DNA from: Malacoraja senta
Lineage: Eukaryota
Direction of reading: 5' to 3'
DNA length: 64,000 nucleotides
NCBI GenBank assembly: GCA_038087875.1
Contig: CM075987.1
Span: forward strand, 18,788,001-18,852,000
The notes under the pieces: model-generated
Databases searched by the model: none
What the model was told of the DNA's origin: nothing
The model's input: only the letters and a program-made list of their open reading frames with translations
Part shown: piece by piece, positions 23,810 through 36,225 of the stretch
Position numbering within the stretch: position 1 is the stretch's first letter
Layout: every line of letters begins with the position of its first letter
Made by a program: the position numbers and the translations under genes

Positions 23810-24100
23810 GGGAGCACAGTGGTAGAGATACTGCCTTACAGAGCAAGAGACTTGGGTTCAATCTTGACAACGGGTACTGTATGGTCATGGTTTGTATGAT
23901 CTTCCTGTGACCGCATGGGTTTTCTCCGGGTGCTCCAGTTTCCTCCCACGCTCCAAAAGCCTACAAGTTTGTAGGTTAATTAGCTTCTGTAAATTGCCCC
24001 TGGTGTCTCAGATAGTGCTAGTGTATGGGGTGATTGCTGGTCTGCACAGACTCGGTGGGCCAAGGGGCCTGTTTCCATGCTTTATCTCAAAAGTAAATTC
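23810..24100 (+). mobile_element. HE1-like V-SINE nested in a CR1 fragment (about 23740-24340)
   Basis: SINE body interrupts the CR1 sequence attagaggggagca…ggagcaatttaaaaggacc. Confidence 0.75.
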
Positions 24101-24792
24101 TAAATGGAGCAATTTAAAAAGGACCTTAGGGGCAACTTTTTCCAATCAGAGGGGAGTCTGTAATTGGAATGAGCTGTTCGAGGAGCCTATAGAAGCAGGT
24201 ACAGAAACACGCAACAAAAGCTTTCCACTGTACCTCTGTACATGTGACAATAAACTAAACTGATTAAAACGACAACTTTTAAAAATCATTTGAACAGGTA
24301 TAGATAGGAATGGAGTTGGAGGGATAGGGGCCAAATGCACGCACTGGATTGGAGTTGCAGTGGTCAGCCTGGCTTGGCATTGCTGTCAATGTGCTCCACG
24401 CTGCTGCAGACTGTGTCTAATGGCGCAGAATGGAATTTAATCTAATCGAGCCCCAGGCTGCTGCAGGGCCTCCAGGGGCCCACTCCACAAACACATCGAT
24501 CCGGACACATCAAGTCGCAAGCCACCACTGTTCATTATGAGTGATACACTGGAGGTGGCTGCAGGAGGCCCTACAGTAGCTGGGCGAGTGAAGCGAGTGC
24601 AGCCTGTGATAGCTACATGGAGCAATGGTGGAAGGAGCTGACAGCATCATACAGGGCCAGACTGCCCCAGACACTATTTTTTGATACACTGCTGCCATGG
24701 ACTGTCATTGAATTTCAGTTACCTGAAGAATTGCAACATGTAAATATTATTATATTTACATATTATTATTATTATATTCAAATATTATTATA

Positions 24793-25130
24793 TGGCACAG
24801 CTGCTGCTTCATAGCGCCAGAGACCCAGCTTCAATCCTGATCTCTGGTGCTGTCTGTGTGGAGTGCGCATGTTCTTCCTGTTTCTTCTGGCTGCTCTGCT
24901 TTCCTCTCACATCCCAAAGACATGCGAGTTTGTAGGCTACTTGGCCTTTGTAAATTGCACTCAGTTAATGGAGTGGTTGCGGGAGTGGGATAACACAGAA
25001 GTGGGGAAGCACAGAAGTCCACGCCAACCACCGATCTTAGGTCCACCGTGTAATACTAGTGTGTACATGTGATCGATGGTCAGCGTGGACTCAGTGGGCC
25101 TAAGGGCCCGTTTCCATGCTGTATTTTCCG
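24793..25130 (+). mobile_element. HE1-like V-SINE, diverged
   Basis: Head, body and tail homology to 9830-10135. Confidence 0.7.
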
Positions 25131-26280
25131 ATCGATCAAAAGACCCCGGTCAGGTCAGCCTCTGCAGCTTCTCCCTTCAGCAGACAGACACCCTGTGCCA
25201 CAGTGCCTGCAAACATTGACGTGGAATGAAGAATAGGTCTCTGCTCACTGCAGAACGTAATGTTGCACAGAGTTCCCCCTTCCCCCACCTTTTAGGTTTA
25301 TATATCTCACCCTGCTCCACAGCTTATATTCAAGGGAAAGAAAGAGTGATACGCAGAAATAGCATGCAGGTGATTATTTGTAAATGAAAAACGAACACAT
25401 CAAGATGGATGCTGCACTTTTTGATATACTGCTGCATCTTGAGCATACAGCAAGGTACCTCCCCATCACCGCCAGCATTCATTACAATATTAAAATGGCT
25501 ACAGCCCAATAAATTGTGCATCATTAACACAGTCCATTGATTTTTTTGTGTGTGCTGCTGCCAACAGCCCAGGCAGCCAGTCTCTCCACATCAGTCTATT
25601 GGATTGAAATTCATTTCCTATTTAAGGGTCAGAGTCCAGGGCCTCTTTAGTCTGAACTTCCCAAAGGCCAAATCTGATCAATATTTGGAGATATATTTGA
25701 TCCTTGGCTGGTGGCGTAGATTAAGTGGTCATAAATACAATAAAAAAACGGGGACTGCTGCTAACTCGTGACTGCAAAATGAAAGGTGAGCTGAGAGGGA
25801 ACTCTCCACTGAAGGAGTCAATGGGCGTTTACGAAAAAGCACAGATGCTCTCAAGCACACATGCGCACAAGGTTAAAACTGTTTACTAGGCTTTCATTTG
25901 CATCGCTTGCTTTTCTTCAATATGTTTGAGGCTACAGCGAGGATGTTGTGAATGAAAGCATCCATTCATAAGGGACCCCTGATTAATATACCAACAGATT
26001 TAAACGAGTTGGTCACATCTTGCTCCAATCAACAGAAATTGATAAGAATAAAGGATAAAGACAAGAAGATTGCTTGGTGAAACGAGGAATTGCAGTTGCT
26101 GGAATTTTGAACAAAGCACAAAGCACCTGGAGGAACTCGGGGTCAGGCAGCATTTGTGGAGGGAAATGTTTTAGATCAGGGCCCTTCGCTGGACTGCCCC
26201 TTGCATTTAGTTAGATTTTCACCAGTAAACTTCTCAAAACTAACCCCCCATCGCAGTGCTGCAGTAACAGCAGGTTGGGC

Positions 26281-26334
26281 GGGGTGGGAGATTGCAACCT
26301 TCACGTGGTCCACCCTGTTTCGACATATGCAATC
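26281..26334 (+). ncRNA. Putative minimal HDV-like self-cleaving ribozyme
   Basis: P1 26281-87/26310-16 (G1·U), P2 26290-96/26328-34, P3 26297-99/26307-09, L3 UUCACGU, catalytic-position C26324. Confidence 0.75.
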
Positions 26335-26414
26335 AACCAGGCGTGCACAAACAGAAGATGAAACAGAACAAGTTGTCTTACAACTTTAGACTGTGCCCGC
26401 CATACGCAAGAAGA
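26281..26414 (+). mobile_element. HDV-ribozyme-headed short retroelement, copy C
   Basis: TSD agcaggttgggc at 26269-26280 and 26415-26426; tail cgccatacgcaagaagaag. Confidence 0.9.
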
Positions 26415-26824
26415 AGCAGGTTGGGCAGTATCTCTGGAGAACACAGATAAGTGACATTTCAGGTCAGGACCCTTCATTAGACCCATCTCAACTCGAAACC
26501 TCACCTATCCATGTTCTCCAGAAATGCTGCTCGACCCACTGAGTTACTCCAGTGCTTAGTATTTTTTTGTGTACGCCAGTATCTGCAGTTACATGCTTTT
26601 AATTCCTGTTGGATAACACCAGCAGTAAATCCCACAACCCTTCCCTATCTAATATTTGAAGTTGATTTGTCCATTCACAAGGTAAGCACAACAAACAATA
26701 TGATGAAAAGTCACCTGAAACATTAACAGCGTGCCCATCTCCGCAATACTGCCTGACCAACCGAGCATAATTGTGACAAACTGGACTCTGGTTCCCAAAA
26801 TAGCAGGGAGTTGATTCCTTACAC

Positions 26825-27460
26825 CTTTAGGTTTAGGTTTATTACTACCACATGCACAGAGGTACATTGAAAAGCTTTGTTTGCATGCCATTCTGTCCAA
26901 TCAGATAATACTTTACATCGGGCAAAGGAGAAGATACAGAGTGCAGAAAATAGATCCCAGCATTTTAGCACAAGAGCTCCTTGGACAAAGTCCCGTGTAC
27001 TCAATGGGATAGAGGTGAATAGAATAGTACCCTAGTTTATGGAAATACCTTTCCAAAGCCTGATAACAGAGGGGAAGAAGCTCTTCCCGAGTATAGTGGT
27101 GAGTGTTTTCAAGCTTCTGCACCTTCTGCTGGACTGGAGCAGGTAGACGGGAGAATGACGGGTGTACTCCAAGTCTTTGATTATGTTGCCTGCTGTTCTG
27201 AGGCAGCGTGAAGTGTAGATGGAGTCGATGGTGGGAAATCTGGTCTGTGTAATGGACTACATCTTGTGGTCTTGGGCAGAGCGGTCCTCGGAGTGAGCTG
27301 TGACGCATCACGACATTATGCTTTCTATGTTGCATCTGTAGACATTTGTAAGAGTCACTGGAGACATGCCAAATTTCCTCAGTGTCCTCAGGAAATAGAG
27401 CCGTCGGTGTACTTTCTTGGTGGTCACAACAATGTGGTTGGTCCATGACACATCATTGGT
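26825..27460 (-). mobile_element. Old Rex1/Babar-like LINE 3' fragment
   Basis: Peptide VSWTNHI…RRLYFLRTLRKFGMS…YRCNIESI and a Rex-type tail. Confidence 0.8.
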
Positions 27461-28844
27461 AATAAGTTTACCCTGCGACACAGTTGTCTGACCTGTCACA
27501 AGCCTTCTCCATCACAAACTCGACCATACAACAGTCAGCGCCCATTCCCCGCAAAGATAACGCCTGGTTTCACACATTCCACTCAGTGGAAAACCTGCAA
27601 TGCAATGGTTGTGTACAATGCTTGTGTACAATAACTACATCCTGCACTCTGCTTGCTGAATGCAGATCGACTGAAGTGGTCATTCTGTCTCTCTCTCCAC
27701 AGTTTCAACCGAACCTTCTAAGTATTTACAGAATGTTCTGCTTTCACGTTTCATTCCCAGCAGAAGCAATTTTTTCCCAATTTTAATTACTATTCACAGA
27801 CTTTAACAATGAGCCCTGTTCAGGACAAGAAATGAAGAGCTTCATCACCGAGATACGTTTTTAAGTAGGTGTCTTAAAGAGGGAGGAAGACAATAATAGA
27901 TTAATAAGTTATGAGTAGATAAGTAGAGGGAATGTGACTTACTTTAATTGCAGCACACACTGTATCGGACTTCAACATCAGGTACTATCATTACTTTGTA
28001 TTAACTCCCAATTATTGTTTTAATGAAACATTTTGGAATCACTGAATCACAGGGCTGGATTTGCTCTGAAACTTGTCTTCGCTGACAGGACAGGGTTCCG
28101 TCTCCTATTCTTCAAGATCAAGGTCATGGTCATGTAATATATGCATGCTATTATGTTATTAGGCAGATGAATAATATGTATGAGGATTGAACCTTGAACT
28201 TTGCTCTCGTAACCTGACAGAGATGCACTTTTTGCCCAGACTAATCGCTCCAGGTTGAAGCATTAATTCCATTAGTTTATGAAAAGCATCTGCACATACT
28301 CAATGACCTTGCATGCAATTTCTTTATGGAGATAGGCAAAGGAATATTAAAATTTTAGGTACGCAAGACATGTAAATTAACATTATATTTATTACATGCA
28401 CAAACCGCTTTCAATAATTGTGGCTTCAAAAATACATGAAAGGAAAGTTCAAAGGCCAAGGTACAATAAACAAAGGAAACCATTTGTTTTTTTAATTAAT
28501 TGACGCAGGTACATACTAACTTATCAGTCCTGTGCCAATATGCTTAGGAAATCATTTTCAGTTTAAAGAGAATTGGTCTTAATGTCTTAGTTCTTCACAT
28601 AAGAGATTGAGGAAATAAGGTACGAGCGAGATAATATTTTAAAAATAAATTTCTGTAGAAGCAGAAAAATGCAGGGCCTGTGTGCATTCAGCCCATGGTC
28701 AAAAGATATGAAAAAACCTCCAGGATGCAGTCAATTCAAGTTAGCAAATTTGGCTTATAGCTGTGGCCTAAAATATTAGATGTGCAATGTGCCCAGAATT
28801 ACCATGAAATCCAACTACAACCCAACAGTAATAGATCAGTGATA

Positions 28845-29290
28845 GACACAAAGGTCCGGAGGACCTTAACGGGTCAGGCAGCATCTGTGGAGGGAATGGG
28901 CAGGCAGTGTTTTGGGTCAGGACCCTTCTTCAGACTGATGTGTAAAGGGGAGAAAGCTGGAAAAGAAATGGACACAGGATGAAACCTGGAAAGCGAGAGG
29001 TGGATGCAGGTGAGGGTAGTCTGATTTGTAGATGGACAGGGTAAGTGTCTAACGAGACAAAAGGGTGTCAGATAAGGAGAAAGTAGTGGAATGAAATATA
29101 AAGCCAGAGGGAGGGCTAGCGATGGGAGGGGACAGAGGGGAGGGAAGAAATGAGGGATGAAAGGAAATTGAAGGACTGGGGAATGGAAGATGAGTGTAGG
29201 AAAGAGAGGAAAGGTGCATAATGACCAGGAGGTGGAGGAAAATGGGTGTGCACTGGGCTAGGGACATGGGAAAGAGAGATGTGGTATGGG
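28845..29290 (-). mobile_element. Penelope pseudo-LTR/3' UTR fragment
   Basis: Reverse complement of the pyrimidine-rich UTR and a degenerate ctgaagaagggtcctgacccaaaac. Confidence 0.6.
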
Positions 29291-32200
29291 GCATAGATCT
29301 GGAACAAGGTTATCATCACAATTGGCTGGAGATACAAGCAAAAAGCAGCATAGCTAGACTGTTTTATCAAGACAAAACCAAGACCTCCTGCTGATGTTTT
29401 TGGACCGAGTATTGGATAATTGACCATCTTGTATCATCAGTCCATTGCTCGTTATCTTTTCAAGCTGTGTGTTGCCCTCCAATGTTCGTTGACATCAAGC
29501 AACACTCCCAATATAATCAGAGCTTCTTTTTGTCAGGGTGTATAGGAATCTCTGCTTTAATCGCAGGCATTCACAAAAAAGAATGATAAATCCAAATAAC
29601 ACATTGTACAAAGTTCTCACTCCAAAAGGGCAGTGACTTAAATTAAATCAGTGGGGTAGCAATCAAACAATGTTTATGGTTGGGATTTTGCCAGATTCAA
29701 GCCTTATTGAAATCTCATGTGGGAGGAAGCATGAAATATCTTGGACCATTATATGCTTGGAGCAGCAGGGAATAAAGAATGTTACACCTACATGAACACC
29801 AGTGAAGAACTATCCTTTTATCTGCCGATTATAAATCTGTTGGTTCCTGGAGCTTGGTGATGGTGGGAATTATTTAAAGAGCAGGATGCAAGTAGATACA
29901 AATCTGTTAAAATTCCAAACATTCAGTTCCTTGTCAAATCGTAGCAAAAATTAAAAGTCTACAGAGATCTTTTTTGCTGACCAGAAAATCTGTTGTGAGC
30001 CTCTTAGAGACCTTAGAGTCCTAGTGTTTCAACAATATAAATTCAAAGCAATAATCTGCAGATAAATTCTGGACAGCGGATTACCTGCTCAAAGAAACAA
30101 AGTGCAATTTTCTAAATTAATATCTAAGCCTCCTTCAAAATAGATAATAATTCAAGGACACTGTTAACTGGTTCCTTGGGACTATGGTCAAATAAACTAA
30201 TGGAATATCTGGGTAGACATAGATACACATAAATAGACCAAAATAGTGATGTAGCCTTGGCCTCCCAGATGTTGCAAATATTATTCCTAGCGTTGGTAGA
30301 TGCAGGAACCAGGTATTAGATTTGTTACTCCCTGCTGCTGATGTTTCATGCTTCTTTTTGAGTCTTCTCAAGGAGACTCAAATCCTGCAAATCTCAACCA
30401 GAAACATGCGATTGTTGCTCTACCTCTGAGAGAATGTTTACATTGTGCTATTTGGATTTATATATCTTTTTAATGAATAAAGACTTTAAAGTCTCACATG
30501 TCTCAAAGACGCTACAACCAATGAATTATTTATTATGTGTAGTCACCGTTATAGGATAAGTAATCAATAGCAACTTTGTGCATAATCAGATATTCCCCAG
30601 TTAACCTGCCATTTAACGTTAGTTACGGCTTGTATTTAACCAGTCCAACCCTGTACCACTGGCTCACTGAATAATTTTCTAGCCTGAGCCAATAACAATC
30701 TGCAGTGGAGAAAGGTTCGCAGATTCAATCCTTAGGTCTGCAATGAGATACCCAATCTTGAACCAGATTGACAATCAAGAGCACAAATCAGTTATAGCAC
30801 TTACCACAGCCAAAAGCTTACACAAAGTATTTACTTAGTTATAGAGTGTTGTGATACACCTTAAGGTTGTGAAGTGCGCCATACAAGTGTCAAGGATTAT
30901 GGGGAGAGATAGATTAGCCATGATTGAATGGTGGAATAAACTTGATGTGCCAAATGGCCTAATTCTGCTCCTATCACATGACCTTATGATATAAATGCCA
31001 ATCATTTGACAACTCTCTCAAGTTTTTACTCTTGTTGAAATCATTAGACTGCCAACTCATGGTCGCTGGCAGAGTTAATTTATCACACAAGAAGAAATGA
31101 ACCTGGCACTGGGTCTTGACCCAAAATGTCAACATTTCTTTTTCCAGGGCAAATGCTGCTCAACTTGCTGAGTTCCTCCTTTTGTTGCAGGTTCCAGCAT
31201 CTGCAGTCTCTTGTGTCTCCAAGAAGTGAACCCTTTTGAGTTGCTACAATAGCAGGTTAAATTCATCTGGATGGGTCCTCCAATCCAAGAGGCCGCTCCT
31301 GTTCCCATCTTTGCATTCATGGTTTCCATTGGCAGGATCAACACAACCAACGAAGTTGTGGGAGCAAGGGAGCCTTCCAACGGCAGAGAAGGGGAACAGT
31401 CTGCGCAAGGTATTGATTGAAGGGCCACTACAAACCCATATCTCACCATTTAAAGTTTCCAACTTGCAGATGGTGGGATAACCTCCAGCACTTGTGGGCA
31501 GGAAAGGTCATCTTCCCATGCACGCAACCCCCACTTGCAGTATCTTGCCTGCATTGGTCACCATTCACAAGACATCAGCTGGCAGCCTCTTTTATGGCAG
31601 TGGCCTTAAACTAATTTAAACAACGCTGTGAGTTTAGGGAAAGACTGCAAGAAGATTACACAACAATAATAAACTTAAACCCAAAAGATGGGGGTGATGC
31701 TTTTAGGAAATCCAGACTGCATTGATACTACTGCAGCAAATTCTCATTTTAGTTCCCTTTTTTTTTTAAAGAAAGTGGAAAAATATTTCCAAATGGTCTG
31801 CCCCCAGGGTTCAGGAACAAACAGATCACAATACAAATCCTAATGCCATGCTCTCCTGACCTTGGCATCACAGATTATCTGAAACTGTACAACTCATATG
31901 AAATTAAAAATAGAAATGATTTTGCATTTAAAGCTGTAAGCCAGTTATAAAACAATAACTTTTCTGTAATACACAAGCGGCCTGCCCCCTTTGCACAAAG
32001 CATGGCAAATTATTGCCTTCAGATGCAAGATTAGACTCCTGATCTATTCCTTTAATCTACAATCAATCCAGTGAACTCACCACTGGAATGAAACGGTGCA
32101 AGTTCAATCAGAGCCGGCCAGCAGTTTAAAACTATGCTGGATTGTTTAATGAGATCCACTGCCAATTGTGGTACTTAAGCGAGTGCTTTACTAAAATACA

Positions 32201-32959
32201 TATTCCAATGTATTCAGAAAATAAAGCCAAAAGGAATTATAATAAATTCATGTAAATACTTATTAAACTGATAAACCAATTGCCAGGTCCTTGTAGGATT
32301 CTTTATTTGGGTCAGCGTGATCATTCTAATCCTCTCGTGACTAGTTGCCATTCCTTCCTTAGCTCGTGAAAGAGGCCATGGGTTGGCACCATTTGGAAAA
32401 ACATGCTTTTCAATGCCTTAATTATTGTACTAGTGGACCATTGCCATCCCAAACCAAAATAACAAACTTATCACAACAGTAGATTTAGATTACCATCTGT
32501 GATGGACCCGAGGTGCTGGCAGTGTGAAGTTTGCATGTTCTCCTTTTGACCACATGGCTTTTCTCCCACATTCCAAAGACATGCGAGTGTGTAGGTTAAT
32601 TGGCTTCTGCAAATTGTCCCAAATGTGTAGGGAATGGATGTGAACAGGTACATGAATAGGAGTTTTAGAAGGATATGGCCAAATGCAGGTAGGTGGGAAT
32701 AATGGAGATGGGCGTCTTGGTTGGAGTGGGCAAGTTGGGCTGAAGAGCCCCTTTTCATGATGTATAATGTTAATCCAACACTTGAAGTAATGGCAGGAAC
32801 AACTTGCATTTATATAGTGCCGCCAATAGAGTGACATTTCTCAGTCCTTTCCTTGGAGTTTTATCAAACTGCAACAGGTCAAGAGATATCCGCCCAGATT
32901 TGATGGTTGTTTTGATGTGTGAGAAGCAGCACTTGCTGCTATCACAGTATGAAATTAAC

Positions 32960-33190
32960 AGCAGTGCCACAGTTAGTAGCTGGCAGCTGCCCCACAGTAC
33001 TGGTTTGATCCTGACCTCAGGTGCTGGCAATGTGAATTTGGCATGTTTTCCCTGTGGGTTTCATCCCACATCCCAAGGACGTGTGAGTTTCTATGTTAAC
33101 TGGCCTCTGTAAATTGTCCCTAACATGTAGGACGTGGATGTGAAGGTGGTCGCCGTGGACTCGATGGGCGAGTTTCCATGCTGTATCTTT
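32960..33190 (+). mobile_element. HE1-like V-SINE, diverged (opposite-strand fragment at about 32505-32642)
   Basis: Body homology. Confidence 0.65.
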
Positions 33191-33370
33191 ACATTATTTT
33201 CAGTTGAGTGGGGAAATCTAGAAACGGTCACCGATTCCTTGTTCTGTCACTGATTTGTAACCTACTCCCAGAATATTCAGTGAATTGTTCAGTTCCGCCT
33301 GCTAATGAACTCATCTCTCAGAGAAACTCCCAGGAAATGTTTCACTTTCTTGTATAAGGCATAAATGACA

Positions 33371-33376
<6 letters not shown>

Positions 33377-33411
<35 letters not shown>

Positions 33412-33420
33412 ACACACACA
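33377..33420. repeat. (AG)n(AC)n compound microsatellite
   Basis: Directly visible. Confidence 0.95.
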
Positions 33421-33839
33421 AAAGACTGCAGGTACTGGAATCATGAGCAAAACTCAGTGTAGAGGAACTCAGCAGGTCAAGCAGCACGTGGTGGGAATAG
33501 ACAGGTGAAGAACAAAGTCTGGCAAGTGAAAGGCAGAGACACAAGAAATGCTGATGCTGGAATCTTGTATAGAATCTGAAGAAGAGTCACGACCCAAAAC
33601 ATCAGCACGTCTTCCAGAGATGCTGCCTGACCTGCTGATTTACTCCAGCACTTGTGTTCTAAGTGAGAGGTTGATACAAGTGAGGTTCTAGCTTGCTTTG
33701 GTGGTCTGTAAAATAAAGTGTATTAAACATTTTTTTTAAATAACCATTAAAATGGTTTAAAAAGTTTGAAAATGATTAATCCACCTATTCCTTCATATTT
33801 ATAAACTCTGCTGGTTATTGGTTGATATTTGTAATCCGA

Positions 33840-33990
33840 GGGTTTCAAGGGTTTCAAAGGTCAAAGGTCTTTTATGGTCACGTGTACCAATTAAGGTACA
33901 GTGATATTCGTATTACCATACAGCCATACTAAAAAAAGCTACAAGATACACAACTACATAAAAGTTAACATAAACATCCACCACAATGGA
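33840..33990 (-). mobile_element. 3' end of the GC-rich family with Rex-type tail
   Basis: Revcomp ccattgtggtggatgtttatgttaac…actgtaccttaattggtacacgtgaccataaa…(CCTTTGA)n. Confidence 0.55.
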
Positions 33991-36225
33991 TTTAAGTGAG
34001 TTTGGCCTTTCTACCTGCTTGATGTTAATGGGAGTCGGCTTCGAGTGACTCTTGCTAACAACAGATTCTGGAAAGGAAAAATCCTTGCCCCAAATATCCC
34101 CAAGTCCTTCGAGTGTGTTTTCTTTGAGGCCATTATTGAGAACCATTGCATAATCATTGCCTTCAAATCCAGGCTTTTAGGACGGCGTGATTTGGAAGGA
34201 GAAAGAGGAGTAGGTGGAGAGAGGTTGAGGAAGGAGATTCCAGATGTTAGAACTTTAATATCAAGAGGCAACATCACCTTTAGAGAATGAAGAATATGAG
34301 GGACAAGAAAAAGCGCAGAATGAGTGTAGGTGTCTTAGTTGGACAGAAAGGGATGGACAAAGCCACAGAGGGTTGGAAACAAAGGACGATAATTTTTAAA
34401 TCACAATGTCACCAAACATGCCCGCCCCAGCACGTGTCACTGACATTGGAAGCAAAAACAACCCGTAGATACTGAAAATCTGAAGAATAGAGAACACGCA
34501 TGCAACTCAGTATAAATGCAAAATAGGTTCATATTCCATAGATTGAACAAGTGCAGTAGTAACTTAGCGGGTCAGGCAGCATCTCAGGAGAACATGTATA
34601 GCAACATGTTGTTTAAGAAGGAACTGCAGATGCTGGAAAATCGAAGGTAGACAAAAGTGCTGGAGAAACTCAGCGGGTGCAATGGATAGACAATGTTTCA
34701 GGTGGGACTCTTCTTCAGATAGAAAAGTCCCAATCCAAAATGCCGCCAATCCGTGTCCTCCAGAGATGCTGCCAGACCCGCTGAGTTACTCCAGCACTAC
34801 ACAAGATCCCAGTATCTGCATTTCCTTGTGTCTCGCTTCATTTCCTAGGTGTGTTGAGGAATATTTGTGACATCCTCCAACCTTAAACTGGATGTTTAAG
34901 AAGAGATTTCAGAGCTGTGCTGAAAATTATTAAGGGTCTTGTTGGAACAAGTGAACTTCTATTGACAGGATGATTAACAAGCAGAGAACACAGTTTTTAA
35001 AAACTCAGAGGGAGAAGAGAACAATATTTACACGAATGTTTATAATCTGAAATATATTATCTTAAAGTCTGGCAGAAGCAGATTCAGAGCAGGATCTTAC
35101 AAAAGGGAAATTGGATGATTATTTTTAAAGGAATATTTCACAGGGCTTGAGGATCAGGGCAGAGGGGAAGGGGTTCCTCCATGTTATATCTGACAGCTAT
35201 GTATTTCCTACACTGATTCCCGTTTCTGAACCACAAGATGGGTTTTTTAGGAAAACATTTTGAATCATTTACTCTACAGCAAACTACAACATACACCATT
35301 TTCCCTATTTATTTCGCATATCACCATTGAGATGTACGCTTTAAAAAAATGTCACAGCTATTCGCTTTAAAACAGCAAACCTATACCATGGTGACTGAGC
35401 TTATACGCACTGTTCTTGAGTGACCTTTCTTTCCATGTCCGGTTTCAAGGTAGACTTTCTCAGTGCTTTCCAGATGCTGTTTATATTGTCTGCTGTGTAT
35501 TATTTTTGACCTTGCTTTCATATTTTCCTTATCTCTTATACACCCCATATACCAGGTGGCATTTAGAAACAGTTTGAACATCATGCATTGAACAGAGATG
35601 AAGAATCTCATAATCAATGGATCAAATCAAAGTTCAGCATCCAGTCATGAATAGCGAATGAATAAACAGCCGACACAAGCTCAGAGAATGTCCATGTCAT
35701 TAATAATGGTGACTCCCTGGTAAGGAATGTTTTTCTGATTGATAGATTGATTGAAAGATGCAGCATGGAAACAGGCCCTTCAGCCCGCGCTGACCATCAA
35801 TCTCCCATTCACTCAGTAACTCACCGGGTCAAGCAGCATCTGTGGAGGGAATGAACAGACGATGATTCGGGTCATGACCCTACTTCAGACTGAAGAAGCC
35901 TGACAAATCCTTCAAGATTCCTGCAGCTGCAGCTCATGTCTTCTATCTCCAATGTTCTTAAAATATACAGAAACAATGAAGGAAAGTGGGGACTAATTGC
36001 CCCCATAATCATCTCATGTACATTTCTTGCAGAAATGTTGTGAAAATTGATCTTTAATTCCTGGATTCTCCAAAACATTAATCATCAAATCATACAGAAT
36101 GGAAATAGGCTCTTCGGCCCAACTCATCCATGCTTCCAAACTACCCCATCAAAGTTAGTCCCACCTGCCCATGCTTGGCCCATATCCATCTAAACCTTTC
36201 CTATCCATGTACCTGCCAAAGTGTC

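Noticed and set aside
26913..27446. 177-aa ORF
   Set aside because: Off-frame reading of a decayed Rex/Babar fragment
30650..30780. Possible LF-SINE-like ancient remnant
   Set aside because: Similarity too weak to call by eye
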